Assembly: GCA_021792095.1 (NCBI GenBank)
Contig: JAJYVH010000001.1
Location: forward strand, 125,974 to 189,973
Reading direction: 5' to 3'
Source: Candidatus Micrarchaeota archaeon
GTDB taxonomy: Archaea; Micrarchaeota; Micrarchaeia; Micrarchaeales; CABMGC01
DNA length: 64,000 nt
Each line of letters starts with the position of its first letter. Position 1 is the first letter of the stretch. A program made the translations under genes and the position numbers. This document shows, piece after piece, positions 26,405 to 36,317 of the stretch. The notes under the pieces were generated by a model. That model was not told the DNA's origin, did not search any database, and saw only the letters and a program-made list of their open reading frames with translations.

Positions 26405-27967
26405 ATGATTTTTTCCAAAAACAAGAATGCCATAGTGTTAGGGAAAGTCCATCGCGAGTTGCGCTTGCAGAAGCGATTTGGTGTTTTGAGATGGCAATGG
26501 AGAAGGCGCTGGCTGTGCAGCATGCGGCTCGACACTGAAAGGAGCATGAACAGGCACATCATGATAACTGGAGAGAGCGGCGCAGGGAAGAGCAATGCGG
26601 CGAAGCTGATACTGAAACGGCTGTCGGAGCAGGGAGCCAACTTCGTGGTGCTGGACCCCCATTCGGAATACGTGGAATCGGCCAAGGACATGCGCGCCCA
26701 GGCCTACGACGCGAGCATGCACACAATAAACGCGTTCGACCTCGGCGGCCTTACGGAACGGGAGCGCAGCAGCGAGATAACGGCGATGCTGAGGCGTATC
26801 CTCCACCTCGGCGACGTACAGGCCAACGTGCTTTACCGCTGCGTCGAGTATACGTACTGGATCAACGGGGTCAAGGGCACGAGGCCGAGCATGCGCAGCC
26901 TGATCTTCTCCATCAAGAGGTTCAAGGCGAACGCGAGGAACAGGCCGGAGGCCAACACGCTCGAGGCCCTGGAGAAGCGGCTGCTCGCCATGTCCGGGGA
27001 CGATTTCGGCAGGGACGTGCCGATGGACAGGATAATGCACGGGAGGAGCATCTTCTCGCTTGCAGGCCTGCACAGCGCGGAGGCGCAGAGCGTGTACATG
27101 GAGAGCATGCTGCGCAAGATATACCAGAACGCGCTGGTCGAGGGCCCTGGCGGCAGGAAGCGGTTTTTCATCGCGATAGACGAAGCGGGGAAGCTGCAGG
27201 ACAGCCCTGTCGTCGCCAGGCTGGTGGCCGAGGGCAGGAAGTACAACATAGGGCTCATAGCCATATCGCAGCGCGCCAAAGCGCTGGACAGGGAGGTACG
27301 CAGCAACGCGGCCACGATCATAGCCTTCTCCCAGAGGGAGCCGGAGGAGCAGAACTACGTAGCGAACATGATAGCGGGCGGCACAGAGTACAACAGGCTT
27401 GCGGAGGTGCGCATGGCGATGCGGGAGCTGCCGAGGGGGTGGGCGCTGGTACAGGATGCCTGGGACAGGAGGCCAAAGATAGTAAGGTGCTACAGGTTCA
27501 TCGCAAGGACGCGGGACCCGAGCGGCAGGATAATGGAGATGGCGAAAGGGGCCGCCAGCAAGAAGGAGCTCATCGAGGGGCTCGGAAAGGAAGGCTTCTC
27601 CGCGGAAGAGACAGTCAGAGCGATAGCGGAGCTCGTCGGGTCGAGGCGATTGGAGTACCACGTAGTGACAGAACGGCCGTACCAGGGGGCATGGTACATA
27701 AGCATGCCTAGGAACAGCGCAGAGCACGACATAAGCGTGCGCCTCATAAGCAGGTACCTGAGCGAGCACGGGGTGGCGAACAAGGTCTACAACAACTCGT
27801 ACGGGCCTGACGTGATAGCGTACAGCAACGGCAAGCGGATCGCCATAGAGTACGAGACGGGATCGAAGAGCCGAGGGTCGACGGAAAGGATGCTCGCCGA
27901 GCGCAGCAGGAAGTTCGATTCCGTACTGATTTTGGGCAAGAGCGGAAGCTCAGCGGAAAAGGCGTAA
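26405..27967 (+). CDS. HerA/FtsK/VirB4-like (DUF87) ATPase with C-terminal PD-(D/E)xK-like domain
   Basis: NRHIMITGESGAGKS, LDPHSEY, IAIDEA, EGRKY, ISQR, C-terminal GPDVIA...IAIEYETG; GGTGA SD before ATG 26405 (the upstream part of the 24809 ORF is a pyrG shadow). Confidence 0.85.
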   Translation: MIFSKNKNAIVLGKVHRELRLQKRFGVLRWQWRRRWLCSMRLDTERSMNRHIMITGESGAGKSNAAKLILKRLSEQGANFVVLDPHSEYVESAKDMRAQAYDASMHTINAFDLGGLTERERSSEITAMLRRILHLGDVQANVLYRCVEYTYWINGVKGTRPSMRSLIFSIKRFKANARNRPEANTLEALEKRLLAMSGDDFGRDVPMDRIMHGRSIFSLAGLHSAEAQSVYMESMLRKIYQNALVEGPGGRKRFFIAIDEAGKLQDSPVVARLVAEGRKYNIGLIAISQRAKALDREVRSNAATIIAFSQREPEEQNYVANMIAGGTEYNRLAEVRMAMRELPRGWALVQDAWDRRPKIVRCYRFIARTRDPSGRIMEMAKGAASKKELIEGLGKEGFSAEETVRAIAELVGSRRLEYHVVTERPYQGAWYISMPRNSAEHDISVRLISRYLSEHGVANKVYNNSYGPDVIAYSNGKRIAIEYETGSKSRGSTERMLAERSRKFDSVLILGKSGSSAEKA

Positions 27968-28030
27968 ATATATTACCTCCTTATAGAACTTGGTTGTATT
28001 CTCCGTGTCTCGCGCGGAGGACATACGGGT

Positions 28031-29806
28031 GTGTATCTGGGGAATGATGCAAAAAGCAACGGAAGAATGCACGATTTCGTGGTCACTGCCGACGAGTCGT
28101 GCATGCACAACTATAACATGAGCTTCATGGCCGGTTTCGTGGCCTGCGTACCCCGCGACCTGCTCCCGCGGGCGATAAGGAGGAGCGTGGAGCGCAAGTT
28201 CTTCGCCGAGGTGCCGAACAAAGGCGGCATAGCGGAGCTCTCCATACTGGCGCTCAGGAAGATAGAGGCCTACCTCTCGAGCCTAGGCTATGACGTGGCC
28301 GTGGCCACGCCGCAGGGGGTGGGCAAGGTAGACGGCAAAGTGTACTTAGTGTCGACGATGGACCCGCTCGGCTTCGGGCCTGCGACCACCACTATGGTGG
28401 GGCTTACCGGCGGCAAGGAGCCGTACAACAGGTACTTCTTCAGGCGACTGGTGCAGAGCATACGGAGCAGCCACCCGGGCGCGAAAGTGGTCGCTGGCGG
28501 CCCGGGCATATGGGAGATGGACGTGGACGGCACGCAGCAGGACGCCATAGGCATAGACCAGGTTGTGGCGGGCCCAGCCGAGGCGCTCGACAGGGACTAC
28601 TGGGACGGACTGCTCGACGGAAAGGCATTGGCCAGGAAGGTGGAGACGCCGAGCAGCAGGATGAGGCCGGACCCGAAGCCAATAATGGGCCCTAGCTTCT
28701 GGGGCATGGTGGAGATAAGCAGGGGCTGCGGGCGCGGCTGCCAGTTCTGCGACCCCGAGCTCATGTCGGGCTTCAAGTGGATACCGAAGGAGCTGATACT
28801 CAAGGAGGCGGAGCTGAACTCCAAATCGCTCTACGTCGACACGATCACGCTCCTTTCCGAGGACACGCTGCGTTACGGCACCAAGCCGGGCGAATGGCGC
28901 ATAAACGACAGCATAGTGGAGCTCGTCAGGGACATCGCCAGGTTCGGCAAGCCGCTGTCGTTCACGCACAGCACTTTCGCGAGCGCGCTTAGCAACCCGC
29001 GCGTCACCGAGGACTTCGCCTACTACGCGGGGCTGAACGAGCGCAACCTCTCCGGATTCCAGACAGGCATAGAGTCGGGCTCTCCGAGGATAATGCAGAA
29101 GTACATGATAGGCAAGGTGAAACCGTGGAAGCCGGAGGACTGGCCGGAGGTGGTAGAGCAGGGGATGGGCATAATGGTCGACAACTACATAATACCGCAC
29201 TGCACGCTGGTCATGGGCCTGCCCGAGGAGACGCCGGACGACACCATAAAGACGACCGAGCTCGTCAGCAGGCTGCGCAGCTATCCCTCGCTCATACTCC
29301 CGCTCTTCTTCGTGCCCCTCAGCATGATAAAGGGCGGCTTCTTCATCTCGGACATGATGACGCAAGAGCAGAAGGAACTGCTCGGCGCGGCCGCCGAGCA
29401 CACGGCCCACTGGGCCAAGAGGCTGCCCAACTGGTCCGGCAAGCTGGGCATGACGGACAGGCTTCTCTTCCAGGCGGGCGCGGACTACAGCTTCATGTAC
29501 CTCAGCGACCTCACCGCGGGCAGGGACAACGGGGGCGCAGGCGTGGTGCTCAACATGACCAAGGCGCTGCTGAAGGCATCGGCGAGCATAGTGTTCAACA
29601 GGAAGCAGGAGCTCGACTACTGGAAGAACACGAGGCGCGACTACAGCGTGCTGCAGAAGCTGGACTCCAAATACCTCGACGGCCTGGAGGCGCCGAAGCT
29701 GGGCAACATAGGCAAGCCTCCCGGCTCTGGCTGCGGATGCGGGATAGGCGGGATGGCTAACATAGTCGCAGGCGCGGGCAAGGAGGAGGGAAAGAAGGCG
29801 GGCTAG
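28031..29806 (+). CDS. B12-binding-type radical SAM protein, Grs/Gms-like archaeal family
   Basis: VEISRGCGRGCQFC (CxxxCxxC), LRKIEA, STMDPLG.GP, GIESGS, GLPEET, PLFFVP. Confidence 0.88.
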   Translation: MYLGNDAKSNGRMHDFVVTADESCMHNYNMSFMAGFVACVPRDLLPRAIRRSVERKFFAEVPNKGGIAELSILALRKIEAYLSSLGYDVAVATPQGVGKVDGKVYLVSTMDPLGFGPATTTMVGLTGGKEPYNRYFFRRLVQSIRSSHPGAKVVAGGPGIWEMDVDGTQQDAIGIDQVVAGPAEALDRDYWDGLLDGKALARKVETPSSRMRPDPKPIMGPSFWGMVEISRGCGRGCQFCDPELMSGFKWIPKELILKEAELNSKSLYVDTITLLSEDTLRYGTKPGEWRINDSIVELVRDIARFGKPLSFTHSTFASALSNPRVTEDFAYYAGLNERNLSGFQTGIESGSPRIMQKYMIGKVKPWKPEDWPEVVEQGMGIMVDNYIIPHCTLVMGLPEETPDDTIKTTELVSRLRSYPSLILPLFFVPLSMIKGGFFISDMMTQEQKELLGAAAEHTAHWAKRLPNWSGKLGMTDRLLFQAGADYSFMYLSDLTAGRDNGGAGVVLNMTKALLKASASIVFNRKQELDYWKNTRRDYSVLQKLDSKYLDGLEAPKLGNIGKPPGSGCGCGIGGMANIVAGAGKEEGKKAG

Positions 29807-30555
29807 GCCACGAAGCCAGCCAGCAGCCTGCATATCTCCCTGGCGTGGGTGAAATGCGGCACGTGCCCGGCTCCCTGGATGAGCTCGAACCTGCCGCCGT
29901 TTATGCCTTCGCTGAGGCGCCTCGCGTAGTCTATGCCTGGAGCGTCGCCTGAGCCCACGAACTCCCTGTCGTCGCTGCCCCATATAACCATCACCGGCAG
30001 GCTGATGCCGTGCAGCATCCGAGCTATCTCGTTAGGCCCGCGGACCGCCGAATGCACCATGCTCCTTACCACGTACTCCCTCGGGTTGAGCTCCAGGGCC
30101 GCCCTGACCAGCCTCTCCTCGTATGCGTCCAGTGCGGCCGAATCCATATCGCGCTCCCCCAGCCCGGCAGGGTCCTCGAGCACCAGGCCCTTCACGTCCG
30201 TAGCGTGCTCATGCGCGAGCGACGCGGCCACGAGCGCCCCGTACGAGTGGCCGAAGACGTAGCAGGGCGCTATGCCCCTCTGCGCTATGAACTCGTGCAC
30301 AGCGCGGAGCTGGGCGTCCAGCGAGTACTCTATGCGCGGCGCGTCTGAGAGCCCGTGGCCCAGCATGTCGAGCAGTATCACGTGCATCGCGTCAGGCAGC
30401 TCAGCCACCAGCCTCTTGAACGAGAGCGTGCTGGCGGCGAGGCCGTGGACGAACAGCACGCACGGGCCAGCCGCATCGTGCTCCTTGAAGTGCAGCCTGC
30501 CGAGGCCGGTCTCAACGTATGCATCGTGCATGTCGTCGTACTGCAAGCTAACCAC
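29803..30555 (-). CDS. Alpha/beta hydrolase
   Basis: FVHGL, DMLGHGLS, GHSYG nucleophile elbow, GAGH. Confidence 0.92.
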   Translation of the reverse strand: MVSLQYDDMHDAYVETGLGRLHFKEHDAAGPCVLFVHGLAASTLSFKRLVAELPDAMHVILLDMLGHGLSDAPRIEYSLDAQLRAVHEFIAQRGIAPCYVFGHSYGALVAASLAHEHATDVKGLVLEDPAGLGERDMDSAALDAYEERLVRAALELNPREYVVRSMVHSAVRGPNEIARMLHGISLPVMVIWGSDDREFVGSGDAPGIDYARRLSEGINGGRFELIQGAGHVPHFTHAREICRLLAGFVA

Positions 30556-31405
30556 CGAACATAGACCTTATCGCGAGCGCCGCATGGCCCCGCTCGCTCA
30601 GCCTCCTCGAGGCGTAATCGAGCCACCTGGCGCCGAAGGGCACGTATATGGACACGCTGTTGTTCGTGGCGGCAAGCCGCTGCGCGTACCCGTTCCTTAT
30701 GCCGTTCAGCATCGCGTAAGTGACGTCGCGCCTGTAGCTCCTGTTCAGCGACAGCGCCTCGCGTATCAGCGAGCCGTCGTGCGTGGCTATGGTGAAAGCG
30801 CTACTGTTCCTGAAGAGGTAGCCCATTATGCGCGAGTAGTTGCGCGTCACCTCGCTCCTCGACGCGAAGCCCAGCCGCTCCGGTTCCCGGTAGGCGCCCT
30901 TGACCAGCCGCACCACGCCCCGCATCCCAACTATCCTCTTCGCGTCATCCAGGCTGCGCCTGAGGCCGGCCTGCAGCGCGATGCCCACCCCTTTCCTGGC
31001 AGCCTGCCTGCTGTAGAGCGCGAAGGTGGCGTCCACCGTGTCGTACGCCTCCATGTCCAGCCACACGAAAACGTTCCTGCCCCTTGCGGCACTTACCACC
31101 TTCGAGTAGTTGCGCTCCGCGAGGCGCCTGCCTATCCTGAGTCCGAGCTGCGTCGGCTTGACTGATATGCTGGCCACCACCCTCTCCCTGGTTATCTTGT
31201 TTACCAGCCTGGTGTACGTTAGCACAGCCTCTTCCACGTCCGCCTTGGCCGTAAACTCTTCGCCCAGGTAGTTCAGTATCGCGCCCATGCCCATAGAGTT
31301 CAGCGCCTCGGCCCGGAGTATTGCATCGTCTATGCCAGCGCCGGCTATCCACCTGCCTGCCAGTGCCTTCTCCAGCCTGCCGTCCAGCGCGCTCCATACG
31401 GACAT
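30548..31405 (-). CDS. Proline dehydrogenase (monofunctional)
   Basis: LGE, SVKPTQLG, WLDME, RLVKGAY, IATHD, YVPFG..W..Y..RRL.ER; start at MSVWSA (31405). Confidence 0.92.
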   Translation of the reverse strand: MSVWSALDGRLEKALAGRWIAGAGIDDAILRAEALNSMGMGAILNYLGEEFTAKADVEEAVLTYTRLVNKITRERVVASISVKPTQLGLRIGRRLAERNYSKVVSAARGRNVFVWLDMEAYDTVDATFALYSRQAARKGVGIALQAGLRRSLDDAKRIVGMRGVVRLVKGAYREPERLGFASRSEVTRNYSRIMGYLFRNSSAFTIATHDGSLIREALSLNRSYRRDVTYAMLNGIRNGYAQRLAATNNSVSIYVPFGARWLDYASRRLSERGHAALAIRSMFGG

Positions 31406-31543
31406 ATGGGTTGCCCGCACCAATTCCGCAGCGCAGGCATAAAAAACGTTCAGAGCGAACCTGCCAGCACGAATAGTGGAAGTGTACTGGCGAACCACCG
31501 ATCCTTTATATTACTTCCACGGCCCATCTGTAACGGGGGCAAA

Positions 31544-33631
31544 GTGGAAGGCATTGATGCGCCAGGCCAAGCGGGCGGCGGTCTAGAGGACAGGTTCGTG
31601 GAGTTCTACAACTCCTACTACATGGACGCGATAAACGAGATGCTGGTAGCGTACCCGCAGAAGCGGTCCCTCGCCGTGGACATAAAGGACCTCGAGAAGT
31701 TCGACAGCGAGCTCGCCAACGAGCTCATAGCCAACCCAGACGCGATCATACCGAGCGCCAACTCGGCGCTGCTCAGGCTCAGCCCGAACCCGGAGAGCAT
31801 GGAGAAGCAGCTCTACGCGAGGTTCTTCGGCATAGACCAGGCGCTCATGCCGCTGGTCCAGGACGTCGGCAGCGACGACATAGGCAGGCTGCTCACGCTC
31901 GACGCGCTCGTCGTGAAGAAATCGGAGATAATACCCAAGGTGCACGTCGGCGTGTTCAAGTGCCAGCTCTGCGGCGCGGTCACCAAGGTGGAGATAGACA
32001 GGGAGAACGTGCCCGAGGTGTGCCCGCAGTGCAAGAGGCGGGCGCTCAAGCAGGTGGACGAGGAATCGAAGTTCATCAACCTGCAGCGGATAGCCATACA
32101 GGACCCGCTGGAGAGGCTGAAGGGCAACACGCCTACCTGGCAGCTTGAGGTATGGCTGCAGGACGACATTGTCAACAAGACACAGCCTGGCGACAGGGCG
32201 AACATAACAGGCGTGCTCCGCATAAGGCCGAGGAGGAACATCAAGGGCAAGCAGGAGAAGGCCCAGTTCACCATGTTCGTGGACGCCGTTTCGCTGATGC
32301 CCAAGCAGAAGGAGTTCACTGAGCTCGAGATAAGCCAGGAGGAGGAGAAGGAGATAAGGGAGCTCGGCAAGGACCCGCTGATATTCGACAAGATAGCGGA
32401 ATCGATAGCGCCCTCGATCTACGACTATGCCGAAATAAAGAAGGCGCTGGCGCTTCAGCTGCTCGGCGGCACCCCGGACAAGACGCTTGTCGACGGGAGC
32501 CTGGTGAGGAGCGACATACACGTGCTGCTCATCGGGGACCCGGGGTCGGCAAAGACCAGGCTGCTGCAGTCGGTGGCCGGCATAGTGCCGAAGGGCATAT
32601 ACGTGAGCGGCAAATCCACGTCGTCGGCGGGCCTCACCGCAGCCGCAGAGCGCGACGAGTTCTCGGAGGGAGGCTGGACGCTCAAGGCGGGCGCGCTCGT
32701 GCTCGGTTCCGGCGGCACCGTATGCATAGACGAGTTCAGCCAGATCACTGACGACGACAAGTCGGCGATGCTGGAGGCCATGGAGTCGCAGACTATAAGC
32801 ATAGCCAAGGCTGGCATAGTGGCGAAGTTCAACGCGCGCACGTCCATACTCGCCGCCGCGAACCCGAAGTACGGGAGGTTCGACGTCAACGTGCTCCCCG
32901 CGGAGCAGTTCGACATACCGCCCACTCTGCTGAGCAGGTTCGACCTGATATTCCCAATAAGGGACATGATGGACGAGGAGCGCGACAGGAACATAGCCAG
33001 GCACATACTCATGCAGCACGCGGCCGCTGGCGCGCAGATAGCGGACATAAAGGAGTACGAGCAGGTGCAGAAGCCGCCCATAGACATAGAGATGCTAAGG
33101 AAATACGTAGCGTACGCGAGGCGCGCAGTCAGGCCCAGGCTCATGGAGGAGGCGAGCGACAGGATACAGGGTTACTACCTCGAGCTCAGGAAGCTGGGCA
33201 TGAGGTCCGGGGCCACGCCCATGACGCCTAGGCAGATAGAGGGCCTGGTGAGGCTGGCCGAGGCCTCGGCCAAGGCGAGGCTGTCGGACAAGGTGGAGCT
33301 GAAGGACGCCGAGGTCGCGATAGGGCTCCTGAACTACATGCTGCAGACGCTTGCGGTCGACAGGAGCGGCAGGGTCGACATAGACATACTCACCACAGGC
33401 TACTCCAGGGAGAAGGTGGACAGGATAAACCTCATCTTCGGCATAGTGAAGAAGCTGGAGCAGGAGTCCAAGGACACGTTCGCCAAGTACGAGAGCGTGA
33501 TAGACGAGGCGGAGAAGGCGGGGGTAGACAGGAACAGCGCTAAGAAATACATAGACGACCTGGTCAAGAACGGCGACGTGTACACGCCGCGCGCCGGATT
33601 CCTCAAGCTGGTGAGGCACGAGGCCGAGTGA
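31544..33631 (+). CDS. mcm: Replicative helicase MCM
   Basis: Zn finger CQLC..CPQC, Walker A GDPGSAKT, SAGLTA, IDEF, AAANP, LSRFD arginine finger; likely GTG start at 31544. Confidence 0.97.
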   Translation: MEGIDAPGQAGGGLEDRFVEFYNSYYMDAINEMLVAYPQKRSLAVDIKDLEKFDSELANELIANPDAIIPSANSALLRLSPNPESMEKQLYARFFGIDQALMPLVQDVGSDDIGRLLTLDALVVKKSEIIPKVHVGVFKCQLCGAVTKVEIDRENVPEVCPQCKRRALKQVDEESKFINLQRIAIQDPLERLKGNTPTWQLEVWLQDDIVNKTQPGDRANITGVLRIRPRRNIKGKQEKAQFTMFVDAVSLMPKQKEFTELEISQEEEKEIRELGKDPLIFDKIAESIAPSIYDYAEIKKALALQLLGGTPDKTLVDGSLVRSDIHVLLIGDPGSAKTRLLQSVAGIVPKGIYVSGKSTSSAGLTAAAERDEFSEGGWTLKAGALVLGSGGTVCIDEFSQITDDDKSAMLEAMESQTISIAKAGIVAKFNARTSILAAANPKYGRFDVNVLPAEQFDIPPTLLSRFDLIFPIRDMMDEERDRNIARHILMQHAAAGAQIADIKEYEQVQKPPIDIEMLRKYVAYARRAVRPRLMEEASDRIQGYYLELRKLGMRSGATPMTPRQIEGLVRLAEASAKARLSDKVELKDAEVAIGLLNYMLQTLAVDRSGRVDIDILTTGYSREKVDRINLIFGIVKKLEQESKDTFAKYESVIDEAEKAGVDRNSAKKYIDDLVKNGDVYTPRAGFLKLVRHEAE

Positions 33632-33695
33632 GCGCGGCGCTGAAAACAACAAGAAGCTTAAAAATCTTTAACTGCAAGTTCATAGAGGCGGCATT

Positions 33696-34109
33696 ATGAA
33701 GATACTAGACCTTTTTGGCAAGAAGGACGTGACGCAGGAAGTGGGCAAGACGCTGCCCTACAGGGTATACGCGGAGTTCATACCTTTCAAGCTCTACGCC
33801 AACAGGAAGAGCTCATCGATGCTGCTGCTCAAGGTCAAAAACCTAACCACTGAGCCCGTGCTGGGCTCCGTGGTGGTGTCCGTGCCAAAGGGCATAAGCC
33901 TGGACGAGACTGGCCTGTCCGCAGAGAAGGAGCTCAAGCTGGGCACGCTCTCAGCGAACGAGGAGAAGGAGGCTAGGGCGTACATATATGGCGATTCGGG
34001 CACGGACAAGGGCGACTACACGCTCAGCATAACTGCGTTCATACACTACAGGGATTACGGGCACGTGCTGAACGCGGTGAGGAAGAAGGCAATACTGGAA
34101 GTGGTCTAG
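33696..34109 (+). CDS. Hypothetical protein (beta-sandwich-like)
   Basis: 137-aa ORF with alternating beta-strand pattern and host-like codon usage. Confidence 0.7.
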   Translation: MKILDLFGKKDVTQEVGKTLPYRVYAEFIPFKLYANRKSSSMLLLKVKNLTTEPVLGSVVVSVPKGISLDETGLSAEKELKLGTLSANEEKEARAYIYGDSGTDKGDYTLSITAFIHYRDYGHVLNAVRKKAILEVV

Positions 34110-34176
34110 CCGGGCCTGCGTTTCTTTCCACACTATTTTATAAACATTCATCTATAATTAATCTCGAGGCGAGAGA

Positions 34177-34428
34177 ATGGTTAAGTATGTAATTGCGGAG
34201 CAGCTGATCGGCAAGGAAGTAGTCACTTCTGACGGGATAGACCTTGGTCGTTTCCTTGATGCTGAAATAAACGAGGTCACGGGCAAGCTTGTCGGCCTGC
34301 TGGTGGAGCCTAACGCAAGCAGCGACTTCGTGAAGAAGCTCGACGTGAAGGAAGGCATGCTCAAGCTGCCGTACGAGAGCGTTCTGGCTGTGAACGACTA
34401 CATAGTAGTAGACAGGAAGGGAGTGTAG
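34177..34428 (+). CDS. PRC-barrel domain protein (CdpB-like)
   Basis: LIGKEVVTSDG..LG...D...N..TGKL..L.V...LPYESV.AV.DYIVV. Confidence 0.88.
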   Translation: MVKYVIAEQLIGKEVVTSDGIDLGRFLDAEINEVTGKLVGLLVEPNASSDFVKKLDVKEGMLKLPYESVLAVNDYIVVDRKGV

Positions 34429-34451
34429 CGGCATTCGCCTGATCCTGCATT

Positions 34452-35357
34452 TCAAGGCGTAGTGTAACCGCTGGTCCACGAGCTCGTGTACACGACGTTG
34501 GTGGGCACGCCGTTGTTCTCGTTGCCAGAGTAGTCGTTGGCGTCGCCGTTGAGCGGCCACCAGCCGACGAGGTTCTGCAGGTCTATGGGCGCGCCGCCTA
34601 TGCCCTCGAGGTAGAGTGCATTGACCTCAGGTTGAGAAAGGGAGGCATTGTAGATTTGCACATTGGCTATGTACCCTTTATAATATCTAGTGGCTGGGCC
34701 ACCGAAGCCCACATAAAGATTTGTTCCTGAAGGTGTTGCAAGCGCAGCACTCAAATAACCAGATGCACTTTGGTTATTTTCATATCCTCCTATTGTGTTA
34801 GATACACCTCCACTATATGTAACAGCAACAAAATTCCATGTATTATTTGTAACTATCAGCCCTGAATTCCAATCATTCCATCCCTCAAAATAAACATTGT
34901 TAGAATCAGGGTAAATTATTAGGCCAACCCCTTCATCTGTTGTGGACTGTCCGTAAAACACTACTTGTTGGTTACCGTTGGCGTTGTTATTGCCACCGAG
35001 TGGATAAACCCAAGCTACTATCGTGCGTGGAGAATCCCCTATGGGTAGCTGTGTAGGTGCAATCACATTGACTGCTCCATTTGCATTAAAAGACGCCACA
35101 TACTCCGGCAGCTCGCCGTTGCAGACGCCCTCGAGGTTCAGATCGAAAGCGGTGCTAGGCCCGTTTGGCCTGAAGACCTGGCAGGCGCCTGGCGGCGCCT
35201 TTGGTGCGAATGTGGCGCCGTTGAACACGCCCAGCTGGAACAGCGCGCCCAGCACCACCGCTATTATCAGTATTGCCCAGCCGTAGGTCATGAGGTACTC
35301 CATCGCCGACTGCGCTTTAGGTGAAGGCTTCTGGCGCTCCGTCGCTGACTGCAGCAT
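34452..35357 (-). CDS. Pilin-like LamG-domain surface protein with class III signal peptide
   Basis: KAQSAMEYLMTYGWAILIIAVV; LamG motifs TIVAWV, WNFVAVTY, GYIANVQIYNASLS; C-terminus shared with 1..663. Confidence 0.88.
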   Translation of the reverse strand: MLQSATERQKPSPKAQSAMEYLMTYGWAILIIAVVLGALFQLGVFNGATFAPKAPPGACQVFRPNGPSTAFDLNLEGVCNGELPEYVASFNANGAVNVIAPTQLPIGDSPRTIVAWVYPLGGNNNANGNQQVVFYGQSTTDEGVGLIIYPDSNNVYFEGWNDWNSGLIVTNNTWNFVAVTYSGGVSNTIGGYENNQSASGYLSAALATPSGTNLYVGFGGPATRYYKGYIANVQIYNASLSQPEVNALYLEGIGGAPIDLQNLVGWWPLNGDANDYSGNENNGVPTNVVYTSSWTSGYTTP

Positions 35358-35473
35358 TCTGTTGACGCGACCACCCCACATTTACTCCATACCCATACGA
35401 GGAAAAGTTAGATAAAACACATCGTCCTGGGAAGTGTTTTAAGGCTTAACAGAGCATTGCGAACGGCCATTCC

Positions 35474-36175
35474 ATGATAATAGGCGGGGGAGACGAGGCG
35501 GGGAGGGGGGCCGTGATCGGCCCGCTGGTGGTGAGCCTCGTATGCGTCGGCAAAGGCAAGGAGAAGAAGCTGGCCGACATAGGGGTAAGGGACTCTAAGC
35601 TGCTCACAAGGCGGAAGCGCGAGTTCCTGTTCGACGAGATAAAAGGCATATGCGAGGAGATAAAGACGTACGTGATAGGGAACGAGGAGATAAACCAGGC
35701 GATGAAGAACGGCATCTCGCTGAACCAGCTCGAGGCCATGCGCTTCGCGCAGCTCGTGGACAGCCTCGAGAGTGATGTGAGCCGCGTATACCTGGACTCG
35801 CCGGACGTCAAACCGGAGAGGTTCGGGGTGCGGGTGTCGCTCTCATCAAACAAGCCGATGCGCGTGGTGGGTGCGAAGGGCAGCGGCAGGAGGGGCGGCA
35901 TAAGCATAATAGCCGAGCACAAGGCGGACTCCAGGTACCCGGTGGTGTCGGGCGCGAGCATAATAGCCAAGGTGACGCGCGACAGGGAGATGGAGCGCAT
36001 AGAGAGCGCGAGCGGCATAGAGATAGGCTCGGGCTATCCCAGCGACAACAACACCATAGAGGCGATAAAGGCCAACCTCTCAACAAGGCGGCTCAACCCG
36101 TACATAAGGGAGTACTGGAAGACGCTCGACAGGATAAAGCAGAGGAAGATGAAGGAATTCGAGGACTTAGTATAG
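35474..36175 (+). CDS. rnhB: Ribonuclease HII
   Basis: GDEAGRG..IGPL, DSKLL, EHKAD, ASIIAKV.RD, GSGYPSD. Confidence 0.97.
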   Translation: MIIGGGDEAGRGAVIGPLVVSLVCVGKGKEKKLADIGVRDSKLLTRRKREFLFDEIKGICEEIKTYVIGNEEINQAMKNGISLNQLEAMRFAQLVDSLESDVSRVYLDSPDVKPERFGVRVSLSSNKPMRVVGAKGSGRRGGISIIAEHKADSRYPVVSGASIIAKVTRDREMERIESASGIEIGSGYPSDNNTIEAIKANLSTRRLNPYIREYWKTLDRIKQRKMKEFEDLV

Positions 36176-36317
36176 CGTATACATAGGTAAAACAAAATTT
36201 ACCGGACTTCCATTTCGCACTCCAGCTGTTAATTTTCCTTTAAGCAGGGTTAAAAAGGCGTATGGCAAATTAGATTCCGCACACCCTGCGCAAAGGCGGG
36301 GCGTTTTTTGGGGCGTT

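Noticed and set aside
1-35357. DGR or invertase shufflon as the cause of LamG variation
   Set aside because: No reverse transcriptase or recombinase gene is present, and differences between copies are not adenine-specific. The inverted 45-bp match could allow inversion, but nothing in the sequence shows that it happens.
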